From: Eledone cirrhosa
Lineage: Eukaryota
DNA: 64,000 bases
Direction: 5' to 3'
NCBI GenBank assembly: GCA_964016885.1
Contig: OZ024740.1
Coordinates: 131,192,001 to 131,256,000 of the forward strand
Made by a program: the position numbers and the translations under genes. The notes beneath the pieces were generated by a model, which was given only the letters and a program-made list of their open reading frames with translations, ran no database searches and was not told where the DNA came from. How positions within the stretch are numbered: position 1 is the stretch's first letter; every line of letters begins with the position of its first letter. Positions 13,401 through 28,190 of the stretch are shown piece after piece.

Positions 13401-15959
13401 GTTATTATTTTTTAAAGTTACTTAATGTAAGTGACTTAAGATATAATCTATGTGAGTTTATATTACTTATTTATTGTTGAAATACGAAGTGATTTATAAT
13501 TTAACTTGGTAAACATGTTTGATTTGAGTGTTTTTATGTTTGTAATTAGTGGCGAAATTCTTTAGAACGCTGCTGATTTATGTGTATTGCACTTGTTTTA
13601 ATTTCAGAAATAGTATCGTTACTATCACCATTGCATCAAAAGCAATAACATTGGTGTTAGCGCCATCACCAACATTTCTGCACTACTTTCATCATGTTGC
13701 GAACATTAAAGCAATATTGTTTTTTTGTATATTGTAATAAAAGAGGACGGTAAAAACAACAAATAAATGTCTATGTTAATACCGAAAATCTATTTTATTA
13801 TGTTTTGTAACTTGTTGCTGATATTGTTCGATACATTTTATTGTAAATTATTGAAATTCCTCAAAATGATCGAGGACTAGTTGCATTTATTTTAGAATTA
13901 CGAGTTCAAAGTTTCAAATTATTATTAAACTATCAGATGAAAATATATAGTTATACCAATCTTAATAGAAATACATATTTATAAGGCAACGTATTTAAAC
14001 ATGAGAGAAGCAGTTGATTAAATCTTTTCACCATTGTTATTGTATATTGTTCACAGAACCTGCAATTCTCTGACAGGTTTGCTTCGCAGTATTTATTTAC
14101 ATTTTGAAGAAGTGTGGAACTAGCTCTCTAATCGCATAGCTCCACTGATTTCTATTGGGATGCATTATCACATGGTACTTATTTCATCATACATTTGTGG
14201 GAAAATAAAAATCAAAAACGAAATTAATCCTCGTAGAATATACGTGCAGCGAGATTTAACGAAGTGCAATAAATTATGATGTTTAGTTCCTACATGATTT
14301 TCATAATTATTGCAATTAATACGTAAATTAATATTCATTCATACATTTCGTTCAAGAACATATATTCAAAGGTTAGTCCCAAGTATTTAAAGGAAAATAA
14401 TTTAAATTATATAGGTACATGGTTCATTTATTAGATAAATCTTGCAAGTTGAGGAAGAAATATACAAAGATAAATATGACTCGGTTTCCTTGCAAAATAC
14501 AATTATCACAACACATTCCGCCCGCTAATACATTACATTTATGGTAATTTAATGTAGGTTATAATTAACAAGTTATTTTATTCTGTTTAATGAATCAGAT
14601 ATATCACAGGATTACCGTAATATTCTCACGATAGAACTGAAGTGAGTGTGCCATAATGTTGTCTGAAATACGAAAATTGCAATACTGTAATTTGCAACGA
14701 TCATGTATAACATTTCTTATTAGGTTTTATTTAACTCAACAACAAAGAAGTAAAGGAATATAATAACTACAGATAAACATATTTAAGAAGGACACATAAC
14801 ATATATACTAAGGAATATATGAAAATACTGTTTTAATATATTTGAATTCTCTTCTTTCTAAATTGCCCCAAAGGATACACGTGTTGATGGTCAAAGAAAT
14901 TCAGAGGCCTTGTTTTGTGATGGGCGGAATTATCTTACCGAGCATAAGAAAGTAACCCTTGATTATTACTTAAAGATGGAATAGTTGGAATGCTTCCCGA
15001 AAATAGGTTAAAATGCCAATAGCTATCTCTATATAAATGTCAGTCTCCTTCAGTAGTGAGCGTTGCACAAGATTCCGCAATCATATAGTCGGTTCTTTAA
15101 CAAGATCCTCAATACATGGACAAATACAATGGATGTGCTCCAGATGATGACAAATCAGTATTGTATGTTTCATTTATTTCTCTTGAATAATTTGATATAA
15201 TAAAACAACAAATTTCAAGCACGTGGATTTATTTGATAAAGAGACGTTTTTATGGGGTCCCAAATTTCCTGGACCAGATGATGGACAACATATTTCAAAG
15301 ATTTTCTACATACATATATATTCAAAAATCCCGATAACACGTTTTAGCATGTCCCTTGGTTACATACGCTAATTAGTAACCAGATCAGTCATGTATTTGG
15401 TAAAATCCCCGGTTTAATGGAATTTAAACATTGCCTCAATGGTAACCTCATTTGAAAGCACAAAATGGGGACAGAGTTTACTTTAAGAATATTTATTTAC
15501 TTTGGTTTCGCAATTTTTTAATTCACTATACGAGTGTTGAAAACAAGTATGACCATATCGTACTTTTAAGCGTAACAATAGTATATGGGTATGGATTTTA
15601 CAGATTAATCATAATTGAAAATATTATAAGGTAAAGCTAACAAATTTAAAAGTTATGATATATACTACAAAACCAAAAATAACACGCGCCAAATTTGTGA
15701 TTTTGCAATTGAAGCAGCTGATAAAGTGAAAGAAAATCAGAAATAAATATGAAGAGAAGAGCAAGGACTATTAGATAAAGAAAAAAAAATGGGAAGTGGA
15801 GAGGGACAGACTCCACAGCTGTGTCAGAATGTTGGTTCAGCAGCGCCTTGTGGACAGAATAGCACAGGCATTTAGAAGACATGGGCCAGTGACACCGACA
15901 GCAACACATACCATATGAAGTGGGTTTTTTTCCTCGGATGGGCTGATATCGATCCGATT

Positions 15960-16262
15960 TTACAGAGGAGGACAGATGTCCGGGATCCCAGGACGCATGA
16001 GGCCTCAACGGCTACCAGTTCAAAGAGGAAGCGGACGGCCAAACCCGGCATTGTCTTGTCATCCTGTTTTCTGCATATGCAGTTCGCGGTAAAGGTGCGG
16101 TCGAGAGGACAACGTTGGAAGCAGATAATGTGTTACAGCTTCTAGCGTCCCAGATGATTGATTTACCGACTTCGAAAAGGAAGAGAGTAATTCCGTCGGG
16201 CCGCTTGCCGCCAGGAAGGGAATTATAGTCTTCTCCAATGCTGCTTTCTTTTTCTAAACGTT
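15960..16262 (-). mobile_element. Fragment of CRE-like non-LTR retrotransposon (REL endonuclease)
   Basis: GGKRPDGITLFLFEVGKSIIWDARSCNTLSAS matches the 'GKRPDGxTLxPWxxGKxLxWDxTxxDTLAxS' REL motif. The segment is a local GC-rich island. Confidence 0.7.
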
Positions 16263-16521
16263 TGACCGACTTATAACTATGATAAATAATAATGAAATAA
16301 ATAAATATTTGTTTTATCATTTCTAAGCATCGAATTGTAATATTAAAAGCTTAAAACAAGGCAATATTTCAGTTTTGCCAGCATAACACATAATTGCATA
16401 CACACATACACACACGCTCACACACGCACGCACTCTCTCTCTCACACACACAGGCACACACACTCTCTCACACACGCACACACACTGACACACTCACGCA
16501 CACACAATGACACACACACAC

Positions 16522-16585
<64 letters not shown>

Positions 16586-16740
16586 AAACTGGGAATGTGT
16601 CTTAATATATATATATGTATGTATGTGTGTGTGTGAGAGAGCGCATGTGTGCGTGTGTGTGTGAGTTTGTAGGGTTCAATCAGGGGTAACAAGAGTACGT
16701 AAAGTAATCAATACTTAGTAGAATATATGAGGATTACACA

Positions 16741-16843
16741 AGAAATGGTTTGTGCAAGACTAGAACACTTTCATTCGAAGGACATCATAGGAAAGCCCTT
16801 AAGAGTTTCTTCGAAACAGTTCTAGTCATGTAGAAACCATTTC
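16741..16843. repeat. Short inverted repeat, possibly a mini PLE pseudo-LTR pair
   Basis: AGAAATGGTTTGTGCAAGACTAGAACACTTTC pairs with GAAACAGTTCTAGTCATGTAGAAACCATTTCT. Confidence 0.55.
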
Positions 16844-16910
16844 TATATTATACACATTATACACACATTATACACACAATATACACATACTCAAACATAT
16901 ATATATATAT

Positions 16911-17203
16911 ATTAGACTTATCGTCCCCTGCTTTTGCTCTTTACTCTCTAAACTCTTTGTTCTTGAATGTTTGGTTGGTATAGACCATAACACCAATCAA
17001 ACCCCTTTTATAGCTCTGAAGAATTCTACGGTTACGTAAGGAAGAAACATTGTAAGCCAATAAAAATATTTTGATGTTGTAGACGCTCTTGTTTTCTTTA
17101 TCATATATAGGGCTCTGCTCCAAAGCATAGAGCTAATTATTATGCTGCCAATACCTTAATGGGGCACGGGTATACAATACGTAACACCTATTAACCTAAG
17201 TAC
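16911..17203 (+). mobile_element. Solo PLE 3' end/pseudo-LTR, a diverged relative of family D
   Basis: Contains an HHR and AATAAA. The downstream sequence aligns with the reverse complement of 5320-5420. Flanked by (TA)n. Confidence 0.7.
17013..17057 (+). ncRNA. Minimal type I hammerhead motif
   Basis: GCT-CTGAAGA-ATTC-TACG-GTTA-CGTA-AGGAA-GAAA-CATTG-TA^-AGC-C-AATAAA. Confidence 0.75.
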
Positions 17204-17288
<85 letters not shown>

Positions 17289-17329
17289 CGGCGATGAATT
17301 TGTTTTGCGAGGTTTTTGATATGAAATTG

Positions 17330-18335
17330 TGAGTCAAAACAAGTGTAGAGGGGCCCTGAGAAAGACCCACTTAAAGATTAAGGTGGTAGAAAAGGCAGGA
17401 ACTACCATAAAATCCTTGATCAGCAAAACTTACCCTTTTAAGAAATCCCACTGTACTGATAGGAAATGTATTATATGTAAAGTAAACCCGCGGATGAACT
17501 CTAACACTAGAAACGTAGTCTATAGCATAAGATGTACAGAGGTTACTTTCAGAAACATTCAACAAAATATATAGGCGAGACAGCTCGTAGCATAGGAGAA
17601 ATGATAGACCAACACAGGGGGGGGGGAATAAAAGGGCCAAAAAACGGTTTAGTACTATATGAACACGCCAGACAACAACATGGCGGTAACATAGACAACA
17701 TAAAAATTAAAATAATATCTAAATATAGAAATGACCCAGCAGATATACAAATCAGAGAGGCAAGAGAAATAGAACTTAGAAGGCCAAAGTTAAACAGAAA
17801 AAAATGAATGGAATAACAACAACACCCAAACAAACAATACTGACTTAAGAGAAATATAAATAAATAAATAAATAAATAATTATATACACAAGCATAATAA
17901 CAACAAACACATATAAACACACACTAGTAAACTAAGATAGAATACAATAACCAAAACACAGTCACCCAAACGCGAACACACACCAAACACTATACACACA
18001 CGCAAACGCATGCCCAAAGTAGGAGGCAAATAAAAATAAATAAACAGATAAAATAAAGATGGCGTAGATATACAATACAACATGATGAACATAATATCAC
18101 AACTGACGATGTTGCAGAAAGCATCGAAAGAACTTCCTTAGTCTATATGTATATGTGTGTGTTTATATCTATATTATATCTGTAATTTTTACCGTTGGTA
18201 AGTCAATGGTAAACATTGAGGACCGAATGAATTAACTGTGGAGATATAAAAGATACAGAAGGGAAAAGGAACCAAACAGTGAGTGCGTTCTGTTATTATT
18301 TCTGGCAATATGTATGACCCTCCCCAAGTATAACT
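17330..18335 (+). mobile_element. 5'-truncated PLE, family B (frameshifted GIY-YIG + 3'UTR)
   Basis: [34 protein letters not shown], then [16 protein letters not shown]. Homologous to 4199-5148 with the same terminus. Confidence 0.9.
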
Positions 18336-18524
18336 ATATATATATATATATAGAAAGATTTGAATGGATACAGTTTAGTTGAAAGGAATTTATTGACACG
18401 TGTTTCTATAACAGTTGCATAACCTGAAAACAGCTGATATCTACAAAGTATTAGTTATGCAGACATTCAATATTTCAATGTTATTATTTACTGTCATATT
18501 TATATTACAACACAACGGAAAATA

Positions 18525-18591
<67 letters not shown>

Positions 18592-18748
18592 TAATTGGGG
18601 AGGGTCATAAATATATATATATATGTGTGTGTGTGCGTGTATGTGTATGTTTGTGTGCTTAAGTGTGTGCGTGTGTTGTGTGTGTGTATGTGCGTATGTG
18701 TGTGTGTGTTCGTATGTGTTTATCTATATATGTATATATATATATATA

Positions 18749-21722
18749 AAAGGTATGACCCCGCTGGCAGAGCCCAAGCCGTTTCGACGACTATTACTGG
18801 ACTAAATTTGAATTTTTAGCCTGGTAAATAAATAGCCGAATTTGTCAAGGTATACCTCCTTATATGGGGAGATTGTAGTTGTCAAGAGGATTGGTCAAAA
18901 GTTGTTGTAAACATAAATAAATCTATCATGGCATTTCGTGTGAGGTAGGGGTGGCTGAACTTGCATGTAGAACAAAGAGGAAGTGAGTAAAGCCAGGAGG
19001 CGTTGAAAGTGACATCTATACAGCAGATTCTAAGGATAGTGTATGAAAACTGGAAAAATGGTTCTGGAGAAGAAGTGGAAGGGGAGTTTAAAGAATAGAT
19101 AGGTGAAATGAGAGTAGGAGACAATGAAAATTAAAAAAATATATATAAAAAATTAGATAGTGAGAAATGAATAAAAAAAACAATAACAGTAGAGTCTAGA
19201 AACAGCTGTTATAATTAGTAGGTGTTGCTTGTACTGCAACGTTATAGAAAAGTTTAATAAGGTGAGAATTGAAAATACTAAATACAAATTATAGAAGTGG
19301 GTAGGGAAAAATATAATGCAAACTTTTCAGGGGGTCTAACACAGCTGCTATAAATAGTTAGTAAAGCGTACACGACAACGCTATCTTACAATTACAGATT
19401 AATAAGTTTAGGATAGAGAATACTAAATAAGAAATTTTGAAATTGGAGTAGTAACAAAAAAGATACAAAATTACAGGGGTCTAACACATCTGCTATAAAA
19501 GTTAGTAAAGCCTAGTCGGCCAATTCTATCTTAAGATTATAGGGGTGGGGGAGACTGAGGCTAGGGAGGACCGATGGGCAGCATCGGGGTAAGCGAAAGG
19601 GGAAATGCAGACGAGGAAGAAGATCCGGGTTGGGAGGAAGTGATAGCATGAGACGGGGGGTAGAAGAAAATATAGAGGAAAAGAAAAGAGGATCGTCTAC
19701 CTATGTAAGCTGGGGGTTCCCCTTACTTATTCGGCAAGTGGGGCTATCAGCCCTAGTCTACTAACCCGCGTCGTTATGGGTTTTTTAGGCGAGGTTAGTC
19801 CTACGCAATCTGTGTTTGCATGCGGTTACCAATTCGTCTTTCTTGTTTAGGAGTTGGTCCTTCGAAAACACAATGTGTAATGTTGCCTCCGAGCATAAGT
19901 TGCACGAACGGTGTCCTCCCGTGTAAGAGTTAGCTATAGAAAGTAAGCTCCAAGTGAGATTGTAGGTTATATTATTATCTTGAGGTCCCAGATGTGGCCC
20001 GAATGTGTAGTGACCTTTCGCCAGACCGGGTTTCGCATCGTATGTCGGTGTTGGTAGAGACGGGTCTTGAAATCACAAGCGTTTAATCTTATATAAGCTT
20101 TGTTGTTCGTCCTCAAGTTGCACTGGTAGATCACGTTACGTTCTCGGCACACGTTGTTGGTGGGGGGGGGGCACATAGACCTACCAGGGCAGTTATCCCT
20201 ATTGATCGGCTCTCGACTGATGTCTAGGTTGTTTCTTCCATAGTGGTTGTGTTTTGTGCGAAATCAGGTGTCGTGCTGTAGGAGAGTTTAATGGTATTTT
20301 GTTGATTATGTTTTGGTAGCGGTGTTGTAGTGGGAAGTGTTTTTCGAGTAGCCTCACGAAGATTTTCCCGACAGGTGTTGCCACCTCAGCATTGTGGGGG
20401 AATTGAACAACGTTACCTTACGTGAGCGGCGGTGTCGCCTACTGGTTCTGCTAAGGGAAGCTGGATAAAAGGATATTTCCTCGCGGAAGCCACTCCGCTT
20501 GAGGGTCGGGTTGTAATGAGGCGCATGTTCCTCGAATATCTGCTCATTAGCGGACAAACGAGATATGCGGAGGGAGATGTTTTAACCAGGTTATTGGTGA
20601 TGTTTCTGGGATGGTTAGAGCGGCGGTGGATGTAGTGCAGGCTTTCGTTTAGTTTCCTGTATGGGAAGTACCGTTCATTTTCGAGTTTAAGGGTAACGTC
20701 CAGGAAATGTACTCGGGTTAGGTACGTTTTAGGGTGATTTTAAAACCCCAGCCCCGGAAGAAGCTGATTAGTTGTTTACAGACCCGGTCTGTACTACTGG
20801 GGTTGTACCCTTTGAGGGTGAGGAGCCCATCATCTCGGTACAATCCACCGCTGAATGCAGGAAACATTTCTGTGAGTTTATATAATAGGGATAATCAGAT
20901 AAAATATGTGACCTGGGCCGTATCTGTGGCGCACATACTGACGTTGAAGAGGGAGTCGGAAGCTCTCTTTATCCACTTGGAGTTGTCGAAAAGTAGGACT
21001 GTCTTCCTGGCGTGGAGAAGGATATTTCTTTCCTGGTTAGTGATGGGTGTGAGTGTTTCGGCAAAGTACAAGCGATAAGGTAATAGATGCATAGTAACTA
21101 TCTATGTCAAACTGGATGAATTTTGTGTCTCGTTTGTCCTCCATATTCCTGAACCATTAGATGACTTCCTGTGTGCTGACCCATAGGCTAAGCCTCGCGT
21201 TTTGCTTAAACTTTGGTATAACGTCGTCTAGGATTTTTTTTACTGATTCTCCCTATGTCCGACTTCTTTGGGTGTATAAGCCTAATGGCTGTTTCACGGT
21301 CGAAGTCGGATTTGTGGTCCTTCAGTGTGAAGTAGGGAACTGTGGGTCAAGGGGTTCAGTGTGGTCGGCGACCACGACGCTGGAGGTAATGTGTTGTCCT
21401 TCTCGATTTATGTCCTTGAATGGTTAGCCTTTTTATAGGTGGAGTTTAGGCAGCTCCTGATCAGTGTGTGGTATCTGTCAGGGTTAACGAATTAGAGGTT
21501 TCCAGTTTTTTTCCGAATGCACCATGATGTCGTTGGTGTTTTCATACTCTGTTATATTGCTATGGAGTTGTTGTAGGAATCTGTTATGTCTGGGTTTGAA
21601 TTTAATGCTTGAGCTCTGCCGTCGGGGTCATACCTTTTCCTATTACCCACTCTACTACCCTAAGTATTGAGTACTCTGGTGCGTTATGGTCCATCTGGTT
21701 CCTTACCACAATTCCTTCGTTA
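18749..21722 (-). mobile_element. PLE, family C, with inverted tailed pseudo-LTR at its 5' side
   Basis: Minus-strand RT traces (FIQFDIDSYYAS, ILLHARKTVLF, GGLYRDDGL, FLDVTLKL..YFPYRK) and GIY-YIG (NVIYQC..YI.L..FKTRLYQH..HIWDLK). 18749-18778 is inverted against 21607-21637. (TA)n flanks. Confidence 0.9.
18751..18857 (-). ncRNA. Decayed full-size type I hammerhead, family C
   Basis: AGGTATACC-TTGACAA (mutated CTGANGA)-long stem II-GAAA-CGGC..GCC-AGC-GGGGTCATACCT. Sister copies (3980-4011, 21607-21635) preserve the GCCGTC^ triplet; 46536-46560 preserves GAAACGGC and GTC. Confidence 0.65.
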
Positions 21723-22188
21723 TATAAATATATATATATATGAATATATATATATATATATGAATATACAGACATTTTCAGTTTGTCCGTATCCCACTTC
21801 TCTCACTCTCTCACCTTATGCATATAGAGATGATTTCTTGTCTTTTATATACCAGAACATGTTTATTCAAACAGGTTCGTCGATATACTTCCAAGTAATT
21901 AAATAGTATGTTGTTGTTTTTCTCATTTTTCATTTCATTATTTCCACTTGTGTTTGAAATTGTTATGTATAATGTAAAATATTCTATATTTTTATAGTTT
22001 GGTAATAAAAATGTTTGGGTATTATATTAGTTATTTACTAGATATTTATTTCCACCGTATCTCGTCATTTGTAATATTTTTTATCCCGATTCTATTGCAT
22101 TCGTCATATATTACAGCGATATTGACACTTTCCTTGTTGCTTTCTAGAAATGTTCTTGCATGCAAATTATTGTATATATATATCATTT

Positions 22189-22220
<32 letters not shown>

Positions 22221-22256
22221 CTTTACACACATATATATTATATGAATATGTACTCA

Positions 22257-22297
<41 letters not shown>

Positions 22298-22371
22298 TGT
22301 ATTAGACATACGAGATGTCTACACACACACACACATTGACGCATACACACTCACATACACACATACGCACA

Positions 22372-22495
<124 letters not shown>

Positions 22496-22926
22496 CTACT
22501 ACTCGGTGAAATAACGAAAGGTATTTGACGTATTTACGTGAATTTCATTTGATTAAATTTGATAGAGAATTATTTATTACAAACAACTTATTTAGTAGAA
22601 ATGAAAATAAGGAAATAAAGAAAGTGAATTTCGAATGGTTTCGGAATATGAAAATAAATAAACAATATACAGTATACGTTAGTATATCATATAGCTGGAG
22701 TTTTAACAAAAAAAAAAAGTATTATGTAGATTTAAACCTGCATTACTTAATCAGCATTATCGTTGTAAACAAAAATCGAAAAGCTAGGAGCACTACTTAT
22801 ACTAGTGAGTTGCCATTTCAAAGAATCATAAATAGAGAAACTTACTACAGTACATATACCCCTATACACAAGCATGTGTATGTCTCTCTCTATATATATA
22901 TTTATATATATATATATATATATATA

Positions 22927-24046
22927 ATATAAGTATGTACACGTACATACATATATTTATACAGACATACAGTAGTATGTATATATACATACATGCACAC
23001 ATATATATATATGTACGTATGGATTCACCGAACATTTATTATAATGCTCGGTGTGTTTATAAACAAACGTCCCGTATTAAGCCGCAGTGTCCAGCGCCCA
23101 TCGTTGCTCGTTTGTCCAACACTGACAAAGGAACTTTGTACTAGTTTCAATCATATTAGCTATCATCAGCAACGTATACCTTCCTGTCAGATTGTTGAAC
23201 ATATATACTTACCTTATTCATATTAACGGCTGAGTAGCTCAATTTGCATATCGAGTGGGTTAATCGGCCGTGTACACCGAAAACAAAAAACGGAAAAAAT
23301 GAACGAAATTTCATTTCCCACTCTTAGTACGGCTGTTACTTAAATATAAGTATGTACACGTACATACATATATGTATACAGACGTACAGTAGTATGTATA
23401 TATACATACATGCACACATATATATATATGTATGGATGGATTCACCGAACATTTATTATATTGCTCGGTGTATTTGTAAACAAACATCCCGTATTAAGCC
23501 GTAGTGTCCAGCAACCATCGTTGCTCGTTTGTTCAACACTTCCAAAGAAACGCTGTACTAGTTTCAAGCTTATTAGCTATCATCAGCAACGTATACCTTT
23601 CTGTCAGATTATTGAACGTATATACTTACCTTATGCATATTAACGGCTGGGTAGCCCAATTTGCATATCGAGTGGGTTACTCAGCCGTTAATATGCATAA
23701 GGTAAGTATATACGCTCAACAATCTGGCAGAAAGGTATACGTTTCTAATGATAGCTAATAAGCTTGAAACTAGTACAGCGTTCCTTTGTCAGTGTTGAAC
23801 AAACGAGCAACGATAGTTGCTGGACACTACGGCTTAATACGGGATGTTTGTTTACAAACACACCGAGCATTATAATAAATGTTCGGTGAATCCCTACGTA
23901 CATATATATATATGTGTGCATGTATGTATATATATATATACATACTACTGTACGTCTGTATACATATATGTATGTACGTGTACATACTTATATTTAAGTA
24001 ACAGCCGTACTAAGAGTGGGAAATGAAATTTCGTTTCATTTTTTCC

Positions 24047-24050
<4 letters not shown>
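22927..24050. repeat. Three copies of a ~350-400 bp unit: direct pair plus palindrome
   Basis: 22927-23270 is a direct copy of 23343-23689. 23288-23657 is inverted against ~23673-24050 with a loop of about 15 nt. Confidence 0.92.
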
Positions 24051-25827
<1,777 letters not shown>

Positions 25828-25845
25828 TATATATATATATATTTG

Positions 25846-26035
<190 letters not shown>

Positions 26036-28073
26036 AAGAGTATATAAGCATGTATTTATATTTATATATATATATATATATACATATACACTACATAAGC
26101 ATGTATATATATATATAAATATTTATATATATATACATGTTTCCAGACATATATACATAGGCAGGTGCATGAATTCATAGAAAACAAAAAAAAAACGAAT
26201 GTCTGTTTGTAGCCCTCAAGCGGAAATACACTTTTTCAAATAGGTTTCACACATTTTACAAACGGGCAAACTTTTCAAACAAAATATGCTTTCTCAATAG
26301 TTTTGATATTCATTTGACCAACAATTGCTTTCAAATATTATATCTCATTTACGAAGCTAGGGATGAATGTATTGCTGTTTATTTCTTTTTTCAGCATTTA
26401 AACAGGAGTTAATTTATTTCGCTGAGGCGAGCATATTTTGATAAATTTCTAAGCCAATTCTTCATCAGGACAAAACCATGGATTCATTTGTTTTCATGTC
26501 CATGTATTTCTAGCACTTACTGCGCATACCTTTGACTCAATTTGGGGACATTAATGTATTTACACATGAAATTCAGTAGCGGACGGTTAGGAATACTAAC
26601 AATAGTTAGCTGGGAAATAATTCAATGTGAAACCTCATATGAAACAGCTTATCTAACATAAGCGTTGACAATACGCACTAATTTCGAACACCCGCTCTTC
26701 AACATATTTTGGAAGGGAGAGATTTCATTGGAATAGTCATCCATCTGCTGGGCTTACCAACAATGGTTGCTATTATTTGTGAGTTAAGCTCCTTGTCTGT
26801 TCCTGTCCTTTTATAAGTTACGTGTGGATATTGTGGAAATGTGTGTCGGTAATTTGTTTCTAATATATTTTCATGTGCATTTGCTATATCACAAAATTTA
26901 GTTTTCTTTTCCTGCTCAAATTCAAGTGTGAGTTCTGACCGCCTGACACTGGGTGATGTCTTTAGATTTGTTTACATGCTCTCAAAATTCCAGTCTAGCT
27001 TTGGCCTCTAAACTACTAAAATCCTTGGCGTCATAGATATTTCTTAGCAGCAAATTGTTTTTACTCCTCTTAGTCTCTGATCTATTTCCCATACAATAAC
27101 ACATATCATAATGACATTCTTATTCACACTTAAACACTCCCTCTGGTTCATAGCTTACAACAATATACTAAATGACGAATTGTGGTTTCGTTTGTGCCTT
27201 ACCGAGAACATTCAGTTACTGTTGAATTAACAATTGATCATTTATATCCAAATTACCAGGCTGCTTACAGTCATACATTTCAAATATTCTACACTAGAAT
27301 TACTTCTGTCTATTTGTTCTTAAATTGTCCTCTGTTTCGACTGTTCTCAATTACTGTTTCAATTTCTTCCCAGTTCTGAATCCATACGTTTCAAAATATA
27401 TCTGGATATCAGATTATTGGATTTCAACACCCATTTCATCCCGGTTTCCTACTTCTGTCTTCATAAATTTGTATTCAATGAATTTACCACCTGCCAAGCT
27501 ACGCGGAAACCATCATTAACTCCTTTCCCTCTGTCTATATGATTGAACTACAAATAATGAGAAACTAAATAGTGAATGCTTGCGTCCTTAGGACAACATC
27601 CCTACTCACCACCATCACACAGAGTTGGTTACCCGCAGGTGTGAGCGTCGCGACCTAACCTATAATTCTTCTACCGGCGCGTTTCCCTCAACATGCTCCG
27701 GGAAAACGCTTTCTCTACACTCTACACCGGTACCGCAGCGCAGCCAGCGGGGCTCCTCATTTACTTATAATAGTGAGAGTTGGAGAGAGCGGGAAAGACG
27801 AAGGCAATGACAGTGGGAGTTTGGTTTCTTTGTCTTTTGACATGGCATATATGTATATATTTATTTACCACACCACATTAGGAGGATATATAATATGGGA
27901 AGTAAGCATAAGTTCCTTGCACTGTACTTAACGGTTCTATAGCAACATGCTTTTTTTAATTTTTAATGTCTTTAACTGCTCCTAGTTTTATTGTATTGCA
28001 TTTAAATGTTTGCTTTTCATATGCTTCTTCTTCCTTTGACCTCTTTTCTTATATATATATACATATATATGAA

Positions 28074-28190
28074 TTAACTATGGACATATAAGAGATACAG
28101 AAGCGTAAGCCAATCCAAACCAAACAGTGAGTGTGTTTTATTATTATTTATGGCAATATTTATGACAATATGACCCACCCGAAATATAAG
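28074..28190 (+). mobile_element. Solo terminal fragment of PLE family B
   Basis: Aligns with 18232-18335 (CCAAACAGTGAGTG..GGCAATA..ATGACCC..AAATATAA) and is followed by (TA)n. Confidence 0.75.

Noticed and set aside
26435-26475. Minus-strand CTGATGA..GAAA..TC resembling a hammerhead
   Set aside because: Neither stem I nor stem II pairs adjacent to the core, and there is no PLE context.
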